Shown here piece by piece: positions 54,888-64,000 of a stretch of 64,000 nucleotides of DNA. A program made the translations under genes and the position numbers. Source of the DNA: Deltaproteobacteria bacterium (GTDB taxonomy: Bacteria > Desulfobacterota > Dissulfuribacteria > Dissulfuribacterales > QOAL01); the NCBI GenBank assembly GCA_015494395.1, contig WGBG01000167.1:1-64000 (forward strand), read 5' to 3'. How positions within the stretch are numbered: position 1 is the first letter of the stretch; every line of letters begins with the position of its first letter. Under the pieces are notes generated by a model. That model saw nothing but the letters and a program-made list of their open reading frames with translations, was not told the origin of the DNA and made no database searches.

Positions 54888-56456
54888 ATGAATCTTTCCT
54901 TGCGATACGGGCCTGTAACGCTACTTGCCATGCTGGCAGCATCTGTGGTGCTGCTTCCCCCATTTGCATATATTCTTAAAATCCTGTTATTCTCTTCCGG
55001 TCCTGGGATGTATGAAGTTTTTTCACTCTTTGAACACAGGCAGGTGAACCTGCTAATTAACTCCCTTGCCGTTGGCCTTGGAAGTACCCTGTTCTGTCTT
55101 TTTATAGGTGTGCCTCTTGGTGTAGTGGTGAGCAAGACCGATTTGCCGTGCAGGAAGGCGTGGCAGTTCATGTTTTTACTCCCTGCCCTCATCCCCCCTG
55201 TGATTCAGGCAGTTACGTGGACAACCCTTTCCTCATGGTTAAAGAGTAGTTTCCATTTTGATATTTACACCATTCCCGGGTGCATAATTGTGTTGGGTAT
55301 CTGCTATTTCCCATTTACAGTGCTTTTGACCAGCAGTGGCCTCAGGTCTGTTGACAGTAGCCTGGAGGAGGCAGCCCTTCAGTTTGGAGGCAGTATTAAG
55401 GCCCTGTTTCGTGTTTCCCTTCCCTTGGCCATGCCCCATATTATGACAGGTGCAGCCCTTGTATTTATGTTGTGCACAATGAATTTTTGTGTCCCTGACA
55501 TGCTTAGAGTAAGGGTATATCCTGTGGAAATATTTGTTCAGTACAGCGCTTTTTACAATGAACACGGGGCCATTATCCTTGCCGTGCCCCTGTTTTTGAT
55601 ACTGATGCTGGTGCTGGTGGTTGTTCAGTATTTGATGAAGGGGAAATCGTTTGTGCAAATTGGTACCGGCAGGGGGGTAGGTTACAGGTACGTTCTGGGC
55701 ATGGCAAGATGGCCTGTGGCATGCCTTTGTGTTGTGGTGCTATCTATGGCACTGTTGCTTCCTGTCATGGTGCTGGCACAGGAGACCGGGTCAATACAGA
55801 ACTTTGTGAATGCAGTAAAGATGAGCCTCAACGAAACATTTTATACCCTTATCCTTGCCATTTTCAGTGGAGGATTGACTGCAATCGCCGTTATTCCAGC
55901 GTCATATCTGGCACAAAGAGTGCGAACCAATGGCCTGTCATTTTTGATTATTTTTTTTCATCTTCTACCTTTGGCAATTCCTGCCACGGCCTTTGGGCTT
56001 GCACTAATAGGCGCATGGAACAGGTCCTGGTTAAATAATAGTGTTTATGGTTCGTCCTTCATGGTAGTGCTGGCATATACAGGGAGGTTCCTGCCCTACG
56101 CATTTGCAGCGGTTGTTTCCGGAATGCATCATGTTGCAGAGGAGCTTGAGGACGTGGCAAGACTATGTACAGCATCTGAAATGAAAATAATCAGGCGCAT
56201 TGTGCTGCCCTTGCTGGTACCTTCCATAAGTGTTGGGTTCCTTATTACCTTTATACTGTCCCTGGGAGAGTTGGGGGCCACGCTGCTGGTACTGCCCGCT
56301 GGACGAGAAACACTTCTTCTGAAAATGTATAATCTTATGCATTACGGGGCCCATAAGCAGGTTGCAGCCCTCAGCCTCTTCTTAATGGCGGTGACTGGAT
56401 GTCTTTTTATCCTGGCAGTGTTTTTATTCCGGCCAGCCACATGGAGTTCCAATTGA
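54888..56456 (+). CDS. ABC transporter permease, duplicated (FbpB/AfuB-type)
   Basis: 522 aa with about 12 TM segments and two EAA-like loops (LEEAALQFGGS; LEDVARLCTAS). Confidence 0.85.
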   Translation: MNLSLRYGPVTLLAMLAASVVLLPPFAYILKILLFSSGPGMYEVFSLFEHRQVNLLINSLAVGLGSTLFCLFIGVPLGVVVSKTDLPCRKAWQFMFLLPALIPPVIQAVTWTTLSSWLKSSFHFDIYTIPGCIIVLGICYFPFTVLLTSSGLRSVDSSLEEAALQFGGSIKALFRVSLPLAMPHIMTGAALVFMLCTMNFCVPDMLRVRVYPVEIFVQYSAFYNEHGAIILAVPLFLILMLVLVVVQYLMKGKSFVQIGTGRGVGYRYVLGMARWPVACLCVVVLSMALLLPVMVLAQETGSIQNFVNAVKMSLNETFYTLILAIFSGGLTAIAVIPASYLAQRVRTNGLSFLIIFFHLLPLAIPATAFGLALIGAWNRSWLNNSVYGSSFMVVLAYTGRFLPYAFAAVVSGMHHVAEELEDVARLCTASEMKIIRRIVLPLLVPSISVGFLITFILSLGELGATLLVLPAGRETLLLKMYNLMHYGAHKQVAALSLFLMAVTGCLFILAVFLFRPATWSSN

Positions 56457-57145
56457 AAGGCCATTCCCAAATAGTTGTAAAAGATGTTTTTAAAGAAATG
56501 GGTGGTGTAGCCGTGCTGAATAGTATCTCCCTTAATGTAAGGCAGGGAGAGATTGTATCGCTCTGCGGCCCATCTGGAAGTGGTAAAACCACCCTGCTTC
56601 GTATTATTTCAGGCTTTGAGATGCCGGACAGGGGGCAGATTATAATTGATGGTGTGGAGGTAAGCAGCCCTGAGCGTGTGGTTCATCCAAGCACGCGTAA
56701 CTGTTCAATGATATTTCAGAACCTCGCCCTATGGCCACATATGACCGTAAGGCAGCACCTGGAGTTTGCAATAAAGAAAGATGGCACACAAGGGACTGGT
56801 GAGGCAAGGGCCGAAACAATAGATTGCTGGCTGGATATCGTGAAGATGAAGGGAATGGAAAGGCGCCTTCCTGGTGAACTTTCCGGTGGTGAGTGTCAGA
56901 GGCTTGCCCTAGCAAGGGCATTTATCAGTAAGCCTGCATATCTCCTTCTGGATGAGCCATTTTCAAATCTTGATCCGGGACTGCGGAAAGATATGTGGGA
57001 TATTGTCATGCAGTTACGGGGAGAGAGTACAGGCATTCTCCATGTAAGCCATAATCTGGAAGAATCCCAGCACTTTTCAGACAGGATGCTGTTTATGAAA
57101 AACGGGCAGGTCCGCCCTTTCCGGGATGGTTCAGGTGAGATATGA
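56441..57145 (+). CDS. ABC transporter ATP-binding protein
   Basis: Start taken at MEFQLKG. Walker A GPSGSGKTT, signature LSGGECQRLALARA, Walker B LLLDEP. Confidence 0.9.
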   Translation: MEFQLKGHSQIVVKDVFKEMGGVAVLNSISLNVRQGEIVSLCGPSGSGKTTLLRIISGFEMPDRGQIIIDGVEVSSPERVVHPSTRNCSMIFQNLALWPHMTVRQHLEFAIKKDGTQGTGEARAETIDCWLDIVKMKGMERRLPGELSGGECQRLALARAFISKPAYLLLDEPFSNLDPGLRKDMWDIVMQLRGESTGILHVSHNLEESQHFSDRMLFMKNGQVRPFRDGSGEI

Positions 57146-57687
57146 ATCCAGTGATTTTACTGAATATGTTCCGGTGCATTGCTGGAGCAGCATTATGTTT
57201 TTTTACTGTTTTCATGCACGAAGGTTACTGCCAGCAGGGAAATCAGGCCCAATCAGTGGAGTCGGGGACTGTATTTTCCACATGGGACAGGTTTGAGATT
57301 GATAAACTTGCCTCAATATGGCTTTTAAAGAGATTTGTGGTGGGAAAAGGTGTTCAGATTTATCTGTATCCACCGGGTACTGAAAAGATGAAGGGTACTC
57401 CATTTGATGTGCCATATGCCAAGTTGAGGCGTTATCAAAATGCTTCAACATTTGAGACAATTCTGAAGTATTACAATATTCATGACAGTCGGCTTGAATA
57501 TATTGGACAGATTATCCATGATATAGAGATCAACATCTGGCAGGAAAAACGGCTCCCGCAAACTCACACGGTGCAGCAGGCAGTAGCAGATATTATTGAG
57601 AAGGGAAAGAGTAACGATGAAATAATAGACAGGTCCTGTAAATATTTTGATGAACTTTATAAAGCGTCCATACAAATGCGTAGGTAG
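57142..57687 (+). CDS. ChrB C-terminal-domain-like ('chromate resistance exported') protein
   Basis: 181 aa. TWDRFEIDKLASIWLLKRFV...TPFDVPYA...STFETILKYYNIHDSRLEYIGQIIHDIE fits my recollection of the Chrome_Resist domain. ATGA overlap with the ATPase gene. Confidence 0.55.
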   Translation: MNPVILLNMFRCIAGAALCFFTVFMHEGYCQQGNQAQSVESGTVFSTWDRFEIDKLASIWLLKRFVVGKGVQIYLYPPGTEKMKGTPFDVPYAKLRRYQNASTFETILKYYNIHDSRLEYIGQIIHDIEINIWQEKRLPQTHTVQQAVADIIEKGKSNDEIIDRSCKYFDELYKASIQMRR

Positions 57688-57768
57688 AGCAATTTCCCTT
57701 TCTATAAATGTTATTGTGGCAACTTAAAGATTATTCGTTGGAACGCCAAAAAAATGAAAGGGGGCCTG

Positions 57769-58560
57769 TTATCCAGCAGCAACCACATTCAATTTTAGGT
57801 CAGTCGTTAAGCCTGTGCCGTGGCGTACGTTGCCATTTGCCTCTAAGGTGTACCTTCCTGGTATTTCAAGAATTCCTCTGGCCATATCCCAAATTGCTTT
57901 TTCTGCGTGGAGTGTTCGATTGTTGCAGATTGCCAGTACCTTGCCGTTTAGGATGAGCTTCTTACCACCCGAGGTTATTTCACCAAAATTTCCCTTTAAC
58001 ACAAACTCACTGCCCTGATTGTGGAAAACTTTAAGGGTAAAATTATGAAATTCAAGCCCTTGTACAGAAAGGCTCTGCCTTCCGGAAAGGGTTTCGATGC
58101 TTTTAATCAGGGATTTTGAAATAGGACGTGTTTCTCTGACGGTGTTATTGCCTCCAGACTCTGTGGAATTTGATGAAATGGCCTGAACAAAATCTTCTCC
58201 TGCAAGCATGCGTTCTGAGGCAGGAGGGTAGATGCTGATGGTTATATTGTCGCATCTCAGGATCTTTATGAAATTAAGTCTCAAAAAACCATTTTTCTTC
58301 CCGGTAAGTTGGACAGAATCAATATGAATAGATGCTATCCTGCCTTCACTACTAAAACTTGTAAAGTTAATCCCCTCCAAGAGCAATTTGTCCGGGTATT
58401 TTTTCTGAGGTGTTTGGGGTGAACCATTATATAATCCAGGTGATAAGCCTATAATGGCAATTATTAAAATCAGTAGCAGTCCTGCAATATGAAAGAGCCT
58501 GATGTTTTTAAAGATAGTCATGGTATGGAAAAACAATTTTACATATTTTGAAACGCTCAA
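57769..58560 (-). CDS. Membrane-anchored hypothetical protein (possible LptC/OstA-like fold)
   Basis: 263 aa. N-terminal TM segment LFHIAGLLLILIIAIIGL followed by a beta-rich region. The functional call is weak. Confidence 0.5.
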   Translation of the reverse strand: MSVSKYVKLFFHTMTIFKNIRLFHIAGLLLILIIAIIGLSPGLYNGSPQTPQKKYPDKLLLEGINFTSFSSEGRIASIHIDSVQLTGKKNGFLRLNFIKILRCDNITISIYPPASERMLAGEDFVQAISSNSTESGGNNTVRETRPISKSLIKSIETLSGRQSLSVQGLEFHNFTLKVFHNQGSEFVLKGNFGEITSGGKKLILNGKVLAICNNRTLHAEKAIWDMARGILEIPGRYTLEANGNVRHGTGLTTDLKLNVVAAG

Positions 58561-58625
58561 ACTGGGTTATATTTGGCTTCAGCAAATATTGCACGGTTCA
58601 AGGCAGGTGTTACATTGTAGCGGTC

Positions 58626-59774
58626 ATGAAAAGTACCCTGCTTTTTTTAACCTTCATCTTTTATCTTAACTTTCTCTCCCGGGTAATAGTAGGGCCTCTC
58701 CTGCCAAGCCTGGAACAGGGCATGGGACTTACACACTCACAGTCCTCATCCCTGTTCATGCTCCTTAGCACCGGGTATTTTATAGCCATTGTTGGCTCAG
58801 GCTTTGTGTCTTCCCTGATAGGTCACAGGAGTACAATTGCACTCTCTGCAGTATTGATAGCATGCGGCCTTTTCTTTACTTCCTTTGCCAGCACCCTTGG
58901 TCAGTTACAGATAGGCCTTCTTGGAATGGGCATGGCTGCAGGTCTTTATCTCCCGTCTGCCATTGCAGTCATTTCGTCCGAGTTTCATAAAGATGCATGG
59001 GGCAGGGCATTTTCTGTACATGAGCTTGCCCCAAACCTGGCCTTTGTCAGTGCACCTTTTGTTGTGGCACTTCTGCTTGAGAGCTATCCCTGGCAGTTAA
59101 TGTTCAGGATCCAGGCCCTTTTGTTGGGGACAGCAGGCTTCCTGTTTTTTATCTTCAGCAGGGGCCGACGGGAAAGGGGAACTGCCCCTGACCTTGTGTC
59201 ACTGGGAAAGGTGTTCAGGGCCAGGGGAATATTTATGCTGATATTCATGTTCAGCATGGGGATCCTGGGAACCCTTGGTATTTTTAATCTCCTTCCCCTG
59301 TTCCTGGTAAATGTTCATAACATGAGTGAGGCATCGGCAAATGCACTCACCGGTTTTTCAAGAATCGCAACTGTTGCAGCTGCCATTGCAGGGGGCTGGA
59401 TGGCAGACCGTCTGGGCCCGTTTCGGACCATGGGCCTGGTGCTTTTTTCAAGCGGTATGCTGGTAATCGGGATGGCATTTTCATCAGGTTTGGTGCTTAA
59501 AGTCTGCATCTTCCTGCAGCCGGTGATGGCAGTCTGTTTTTTCCCCGCTGCTTTCGCCGGGCTTTCCTCACTGGTTAAGGAGGAGCTTAGGAACCTTGTT
59601 ATATCCGTTGTGGTGCCCCTTGCCTATGTTGCTGGAGGGGGGGGCATTCCCTGGTTTATAGGCTTTATGGCAGATATGCACAGGTTTCGCCTTGGGGTTG
59701 CCATAGCCGGGGTCTTTATGGTGGCATCAAGTGTGCTCTCACTTCGGGTGAATGCCGTGTCTTCCAGGGGTTAG
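58626..59774 (+). CDS. MFS transporter
   Basis: Start taken at MKSTLLFLTFIF. About 12 TM segments. The upstream part of the ORF overlaps the divergent gene. Confidence 0.8.
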   Translation: MKSTLLFLTFIFYLNFLSRVIVGPLLPSLEQGMGLTHSQSSSLFMLLSTGYFIAIVGSGFVSSLIGHRSTIALSAVLIACGLFFTSFASTLGQLQIGLLGMGMAAGLYLPSAIAVISSEFHKDAWGRAFSVHELAPNLAFVSAPFVVALLLESYPWQLMFRIQALLLGTAGFLFFIFSRGRRERGTAPDLVSLGKVFRARGIFMLIFMFSMGILGTLGIFNLLPLFLVNVHNMSEASANALTGFSRIATVAAAIAGGWMADRLGPFRTMGLVLFSSGMLVIGMAFSSGLVLKVCIFLQPVMAVCFFPAAFAGLSSLVKEELRNLVISVVVPLAYVAGGGGIPWFIGFMADMHRFRLGVAIAGVFMVASSVLSLRVNAVSSRG

Positions 59775-61627
59775 CGGGGATATAGCGGCGGAAGTGGTGA
59801 GTTGCCATTTTTGTTGTTGGTGTTTTCAACCTCCGGGAGTTCTTTTAGCAGGGCAGAAAGCTCTCTTCCCCTTTGCCACGCGCCTTGCGTTTCTGAATAA
59901 AGCGCCCTGTTAAGCTCCATTATCTCTTTTGAGACGGCAGGATCAGGGATTCGGTGGGCAATGTCTGAAAGACCTGCTGGTGGAGAGTTGTGCCATTTTG
60001 CCTGGGCCCATTTCAAAAGTGCATTTTTGGCTGCCCTTGCACGGTTTTGTTCGCATGCCCTGTGAAACTCTTTCTTTAGCTCCCTTATCCGTCTTTTGTC
60101 CTGGAAATCTTTGCCTTTTTTGTCCTGATATCCGTCATTTTCAACGGTTTTCCGATGCCTTCTTTCCCTGATAAGTAATCCAAGGGTAATAAGCCACATG
60201 GCACTCATTGAAAGGGCAAGCCATTTCCAGGTTTCTGGCAATATCGTCGGATTATCTTCATGCTTTGGTATGCGGGATGCAGTAGCCTGATCAGATTTAA
60301 TCCCCTGTTTTTTAGGGGAAAACACAGGTTGTGTGGGTTCAATCCCCTGTTTGCTCTTACCGGCGTTTAGCCCCGCATCTTTTTTCGTTTTTCCATGCCC
60401 TGCCACATCTATTGTTCGTGAAGGCAGGGATGCGGTTTCAACCTTTTGGGTGACTGTATTGAACCATGGGAAGCGTATTGCAGGGATAGTAACCTTTCCT
60501 GATTTTTGAGGTATGTAAACAATTTTAATGATCTTTTTCCCAATAATGCCCTGTCTGTTTTCCTGGTTGTCCAATGATGGCCGGTCTGTGTAAATACTAA
60601 GCTCATCGCTGGATGCAGGGTCAAGGTCAGGCAGTTGTTCTGCCCGTAAGCCCCTGGCTGTAATGGTGATGGTGCGGGTTACAGGGTCTCCAACCGTGCA
60701 CTTTTCATTTTCTGGCTCCCACTGCTGAGAAATTTCAAGTGATTTTGCCGGAAGCCAGAATTTCCCGTTCCAGTTTGAGGGTACGGGTTTTACATGCAGC
60801 GTAACAGCCTCTCCTGCCTTTCTCACATGCCTTGTTGCGGTTCCTGCACCTGGAAGCAACTGGTTAAAGAAGGGATCTCCTGGAAAGATATTTGAGCCAT
60901 GCGGTATAAGTTTTCCCTTTCTTGGAACAGTAACTTCACCATCAAACACCGGGGCTGGCAATGCAAGTTCTCCGGATTTCTGCGGGAAAATGGCATAGCG
61001 CCTCACCAGGACGCTGTAGCGCCTGCTGTCTCTCCTGCGGCTAAGGTGTTCATCCTTGCCCAGGCGTTTAATTATCGCATCCGGTGATGAAGGCTCAGAG
61101 AGGCTTCCCTCTGTGATCTCATTGGCATGAAAAAGCCTTATTGTGCAGATTACCTCTTGCTGTATGAAGGGGTCCGGTGGTTCACACGAGGTTTCAAGAA
61201 ATATATCACCTGATGCATGTCCCTGCTGTATGCCTGAAGCCGCAACTACAAGGACAAGTTCAGGTGTGAGCTCATTACCTACTTTTATGGGATGGATCCT
61301 GAGCCTGCCCTCTTTTTTGGGAAGCAGGGTGTAGTGCCACAGGGTGGTTGTGGACATGCTTCCGTTTACTATGCTGACGTTGGTGCTGCTGGAAGTAGCC
61401 AGTATCTCAAAGTCTTTTTTGATGGGACTGATGTCAGGCTCTTTCCTTATTCCCCCTGGTGCCTTTATGGTAAGCTCAACACTTTCTCCAGGATTTACGC
61501 GGTTGATATCAAGCCATGCATCCACCGTTGAGCCCGCAGAGGCATACCCTGTGCTCATAAACAAAAAAAGTACAAGGCAGAATATGCCAGGGTTTATCAA
61601 CTGTTTGAAGTAAGTGTTCAAAGGCAT
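59771..61627 (-). CDS. BatD-like ('oxygen tolerance') protein
   Basis: 618 aa. Signal peptide, then VDAWLDINRVNPGESVELTI...FEILATSSSTNVSIVNGSMSTTTLWHYTLLPKKEGRLRIHPIKV, typical of BatD. One late TM segment (WKWLALSMSAMWLITLGLLI) and a basic cytoplasmic tail. Confidence 0.6.
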   Translation of the reverse strand: MPLNTYFKQLINPGIFCLVLFLFMSTGYASAGSTVDAWLDINRVNPGESVELTIKAPGGIRKEPDISPIKKDFEILATSSSTNVSIVNGSMSTTTLWHYTLLPKKEGRLRIHPIKVGNELTPELVLVVAASGIQQGHASGDIFLETSCEPPDPFIQQEVICTIRLFHANEITEGSLSEPSSPDAIIKRLGKDEHLSRRRDSRRYSVLVRRYAIFPQKSGELALPAPVFDGEVTVPRKGKLIPHGSNIFPGDPFFNQLLPGAGTATRHVRKAGEAVTLHVKPVPSNWNGKFWLPAKSLEISQQWEPENEKCTVGDPVTRTITITARGLRAEQLPDLDPASSDELSIYTDRPSLDNQENRQGIIGKKIIKIVYIPQKSGKVTIPAIRFPWFNTVTQKVETASLPSRTIDVAGHGKTKKDAGLNAGKSKQGIEPTQPVFSPKKQGIKSDQATASRIPKHEDNPTILPETWKWLALSMSAMWLITLGLLIRERRHRKTVENDGYQDKKGKDFQDKRRIRELKKEFHRACEQNRARAAKNALLKWAQAKWHNSPPAGLSDIAHRIPDPAVSKEIMELNRALYSETQGAWQRGRELSALLKELPEVENTNNKNGNSPLPPLYPR

Positions 61628-61671
61628 AAGGGTAATTGTTCATGGCGCGCAATGTGCACCCTACAATTTGT

Positions 61672-61899
61672 GTAACTGTTCAGCGTATTAATGATAATTG
61701 AGGTTAGTGAATGGCCTTGTTTTTCCGTTCCGATGAATAATTTCTTGTTTTTCTAAGGCTTGCTCCGCCAAAATCGCGAAACTCGCTCGTGCCTCGCTCA
61801 GACAGGCGCGATTTTTGTGGCTACGCTTCGCCAAGAAAAAACTACGAAATTCTTCAGAGCCACTCCAAAACAAGATCATTCACTACACTGAATAGATAC
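61672..61899 (+). mobile_element. MITE-like palindromic element, family 1, copy E
   Basis: 228 bp. Perfect 8-bp direct repeat CAATTTGT at 61664-61671 and 61900-61907. Lies 45 bp upstream of the BatD-like start. Confidence 0.9.
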
Positions 61900-61923
61900 C
61901 AATTTGTACCTATTCCCCATGGT

Positions 61924-62937
61924 TTATTCAAAAAGTGCGTTTACAAACTCCTCTGCATTGAAGCTGCGAAGGTCGGTCATCTTTTCTCCAATGCCTATAA
62001 AGTAGATGGGGATTTTCATTTCGTGGACAACTGCAGCAGCAATACCGCCCTTGGCTGTACCGTCAAGTTTGGTAAGAACAATGCCGGTTACATCAGTTGC
62101 CTCCATGAAGAGGCGTGCCTGACTGACGGCGTTTTGTCCTGTGGTTGCATCCAGAACCAGGATGGTTTCATGGGGTGCTTCAGACAGTTTGCGTCCCATC
62201 ACCCGCCTTATCTTCTTTAGCTCCTCCATGAGATTCTTCTGGGTGTGGAGCCTTCCAGCGGTATCCACTATGACAATATCCATCTTGCGGCTTCGGCCCG
62301 CCTCTATGGCGTCAAAGGCAACTGCCGACGGATCAGAGCCGGGCTGGTGGCTGATTACCGGTATGTCAAGCCGTTTTCCCCACTGCTGAAGCTGATCAAT
62401 GGCTGCTGCTCTGAAGGTGTCAGCAGCGGCGATAAGGACCTTTTTGCCCTGCTCCTTGAAGAGGTGGGCCATTTTCGCAATGGTAGTAGTTTTCCCAACA
62501 CCGTTCACCCCAACCACAAGGATTACAAATGGAGGCGATGCCGCACCTATCTTTTCTTCAAGAGAAACGGTGTCAGTAACCGTGAGCATGTCTTTTAAGT
62601 ATGATTTAATGCGCTGGCGCAGGGCCTGAGGGTCTTTAAGTTCGTTTCGTTTTACATCAGAGCGCAGCCGGTCAAACAGGTGCTGTACAGTGCCTACACC
62701 CATGTCCGCCATGACCATGGCCTCTTCAAGCTCATCAAGTAGATCAGGATCGATCTCCTTCCTGAAGGTCAGAAGGGAGTCCATGCGTGCGATAAAGCCG
62801 CTGCGTGATTTCTCAAGCCCTTCCCGGAGCTCCTTTTCTTCCCCATCTGCCGGTTGTTCTGTGCGGCTGTCTGCAATCTCCGCACTTTTATTCTCTTCCC
62901 TGTCTTTCTTTTTTCCAAACCAGTTTGTTAATTTCAT
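61924..62937 (-). CDS. ftsY: Signal-recognition-particle receptor FtsY
   Basis: 337 aa. Acidic N-terminal region, then the NG domain with VILVVGVNGVGKTTTIAK, AADTFRAAAIDQL, DTAGRL and TKLDGTAKGG. Confidence 0.93.
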   Translation of the reverse strand: MKLTNWFGKKKDREENKSAEIADSRTEQPADGEEKELREGLEKSRSGFIARMDSLLTFRKEIDPDLLDELEEAMVMADMGVGTVQHLFDRLRSDVKRNELKDPQALRQRIKSYLKDMLTVTDTVSLEEKIGAASPPFVILVVGVNGVGKTTTIAKMAHLFKEQGKKVLIAAADTFRAAAIDQLQQWGKRLDIPVISHQPGSDPSAVAFDAIEAGRSRKMDIVIVDTAGRLHTQKNLMEELKKIRRVMGRKLSEAPHETILVLDATTGQNAVSQARLFMEATDVTGIVLTKLDGTAKGGIAAAVVHEMKIPIYFIGIGEKMTDLRSFNAEEFVNALFE

Positions 62938-63186
62938 TTTTTATGGTGTTTAGTCTGTTTCCATCGCTCTTCCATGTCTTGTGGGGGTAGCCTTGATAAT
63001 AACATGAAAGATTTGGAAATAGGTCTTGTCAAAGTGTTATATTATCTGATAATTTAAATGTTCAATCTAGGTGAATATCTTATGCAAAATTTAGTTGAGT
63101 CATGTTTATGGCAGAAAACGCCGTGACCGTTACTGTAACCTAAAATAATGTCCGGTACCTGTTTGTAAATAATCAAGAGAGGAAAA

Positions 63187-63474
63187 ATGAACAAGTCTGA
63201 ACTTATTCTGGAGCTGGCCAAAACTGCCCCCCTGCATAAGCAGGTTGCTGAAACCGTGGTTAAAGAAATTTTTCAGGCCATGACAGAGGCACTGGTTAAT
63301 AATGAGGGAATTGAAATTCGAGGATTCGGGAGTTTTACAGTCAGGGAATATGAATCTTACGTTGGGCGGAACCCCAAAAGTGGAGAGGAGATCAAGGTTG
63401 CTCCCAAAAAGCTTCCCTTCTTCAAGGTGGGCAAGGAACTCAAGGAGCGGGTTATGAAGGGAGCCGCTCAGTAG
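63187..63474 (+). CDS. ihfB: Integration host factor beta-subunit-like (HU/IHF family)
   Basis: 95 aa. MNKSELILELA...IEIRGFGSFTVRE...GRNPKSGEEIKV...FFKVGKELKERV parallels E. coli IHF-beta (MTKSELIERLA...IEIRGFGSFSL...GRNPKTGDKVEL...HFKPGKELRDRA). Confidence 0.8.
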   Translation: MNKSELILELAKTAPLHKQVAETVVKEIFQAMTEALVNNEGIEIRGFGSFTVREYESYVGRNPKSGEEIKVAPKKLPFFKVGKELKERVMKGAAQ

Positions 63475-63614
63475 CAAGCAACTTCATCGGCAGTACCAAG
63501 GTTCTGTAACGAACCGCTATTAAACTGGTAACCAAATATTTGGGAACTGGAAACCGCCTGTTTTAGGTTATGAAAGTCTGGACATGAGCTTGCCTATATC
63601 TTTCAGACAATTTC

Positions 63615-63824
63615 ACCTAGATTGAGCGTTTCAAAATCTGGAAAAATGTTTTTTTAACGAAATTAAAAGGAGTTATATCGATTATAGCTTTCCAGCTTTG
63701 AAACCCTTCGGGATTGCCGTATTTACTGCATCTCCTTTGTCAGAGGAATCCCCATATAGCCGACTATTATGGGAATTCCTCTTTCGCGGATCTGTAGCAA
63801 ATCCGACAATCGCTCAATCTAGGT
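63615..63824. repeat. 210-bp element bounded by 14-bp perfect inverted repeats (repeat family 2)
   Basis: ACCTAGATTGAGCG (63615-63628) and CGCTCAATCTAGGT (63811-63824). Internal hairpin GAGGAATCCCCATATAG...CTATTATGGGAATTCCTC. One arm recurs at 10256-10296 and 26506-26564. Confidence 0.7.
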
Positions 63825-63831
63825 TTCAATA

Positions 63832-64000
63832 ATTTCAATGCCCATGAGCATAAGTTTTGCCGCTGCAACCCCGGTTATTGGTGTCAGCCCGCATGATGGG
63901 CTTTTTGCCTTCAGGTAGCATCTTCTTGCGTTAAACTGCGCTGCAATAAAAGCGCACTGTTCAGCCCCTCTCAAAAATTTCTGGGTCACTTCCCGAGTGC
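63832..64000 (-). CDS. 3' end of an unidentified ORF running off the window
   Basis: The minus-strand frame is open from the window edge to a TAG at 63834-63832 (...FIAAQFNARRCYLKAKSPSCGLTPITGVAAAKLMLMGIEIIET*). No family recognised. Confidence 0.3.

Noticed and set aside
63025-63053. TTGTCA-17-ATAATT as the ihfB promoter
   Set aside because: It is plausible by spacing, but the region is generally AT-rich with several alternative hexamers. There is not enough support to list it as a feature.

Overview
This 64-kb contig looks metagenome-derived and starts with a Tn5/Nextera adapter remnant. Gene content suggests an anaerobic Desulfobacterota-like Gram-negative, but that is inference only.

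Layout, left to right:
1. A CRISPR array cut off at the contig edge, then a complete type I-E cas operon on the minus strand (22-8647). Beside it is a small TA/defence neighbourhood: an orphan antitoxin with a decayed toxin, a Fic protein and a Phd-like antitoxin.
2. A translationally coupled operon of ApgM-like, NadM-like and beta-CA-motif proteins, plus a PHP phosphoesterase.
3. An ~11-kb operon on the minus strand (26345 down to 15147) led by a cobalamin riboswitch. It encodes a TonB-dependent receptor, a polytopic membrane protein, a MotA/ExbB-like protein, a small bitopic protein, an exported BtuF-CbiZ fusion, an exported and membrane-anchored CobN-like protein, and CbiK. Downstream lie the stump of a second receptor and a second BtuF-like gene.
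4. A ~27-kb cell-surface island (26.9-53.7 kb) of giant secreted repeat proteins, four of them with dockerin-like calcium-binding modules. It also holds a Sec-signal Rhs toxin with a glycine-rich C-terminal domain and a membrane immunity candidate in an AT-rich cassette, a GH114 enzyme, a tail-fibre-like protein, an outer-membrane barrel and a TolB-like protein.
5. An Fe(III)-type ABC importer, a ChrB-like protein, an MFS transporter, a BatD-like protein, ftsY and ihfB.

Two families of short palindromic dispersed repeats occupy the intergenic regions. Family 1 is MITE-like: two copies have perfect 8-bp target-site duplications and one has a near-perfect duplication. I recognised no rRNA or tRNA genes. 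All homology calls come from reading the translated ORFs by eye; no database search was run.
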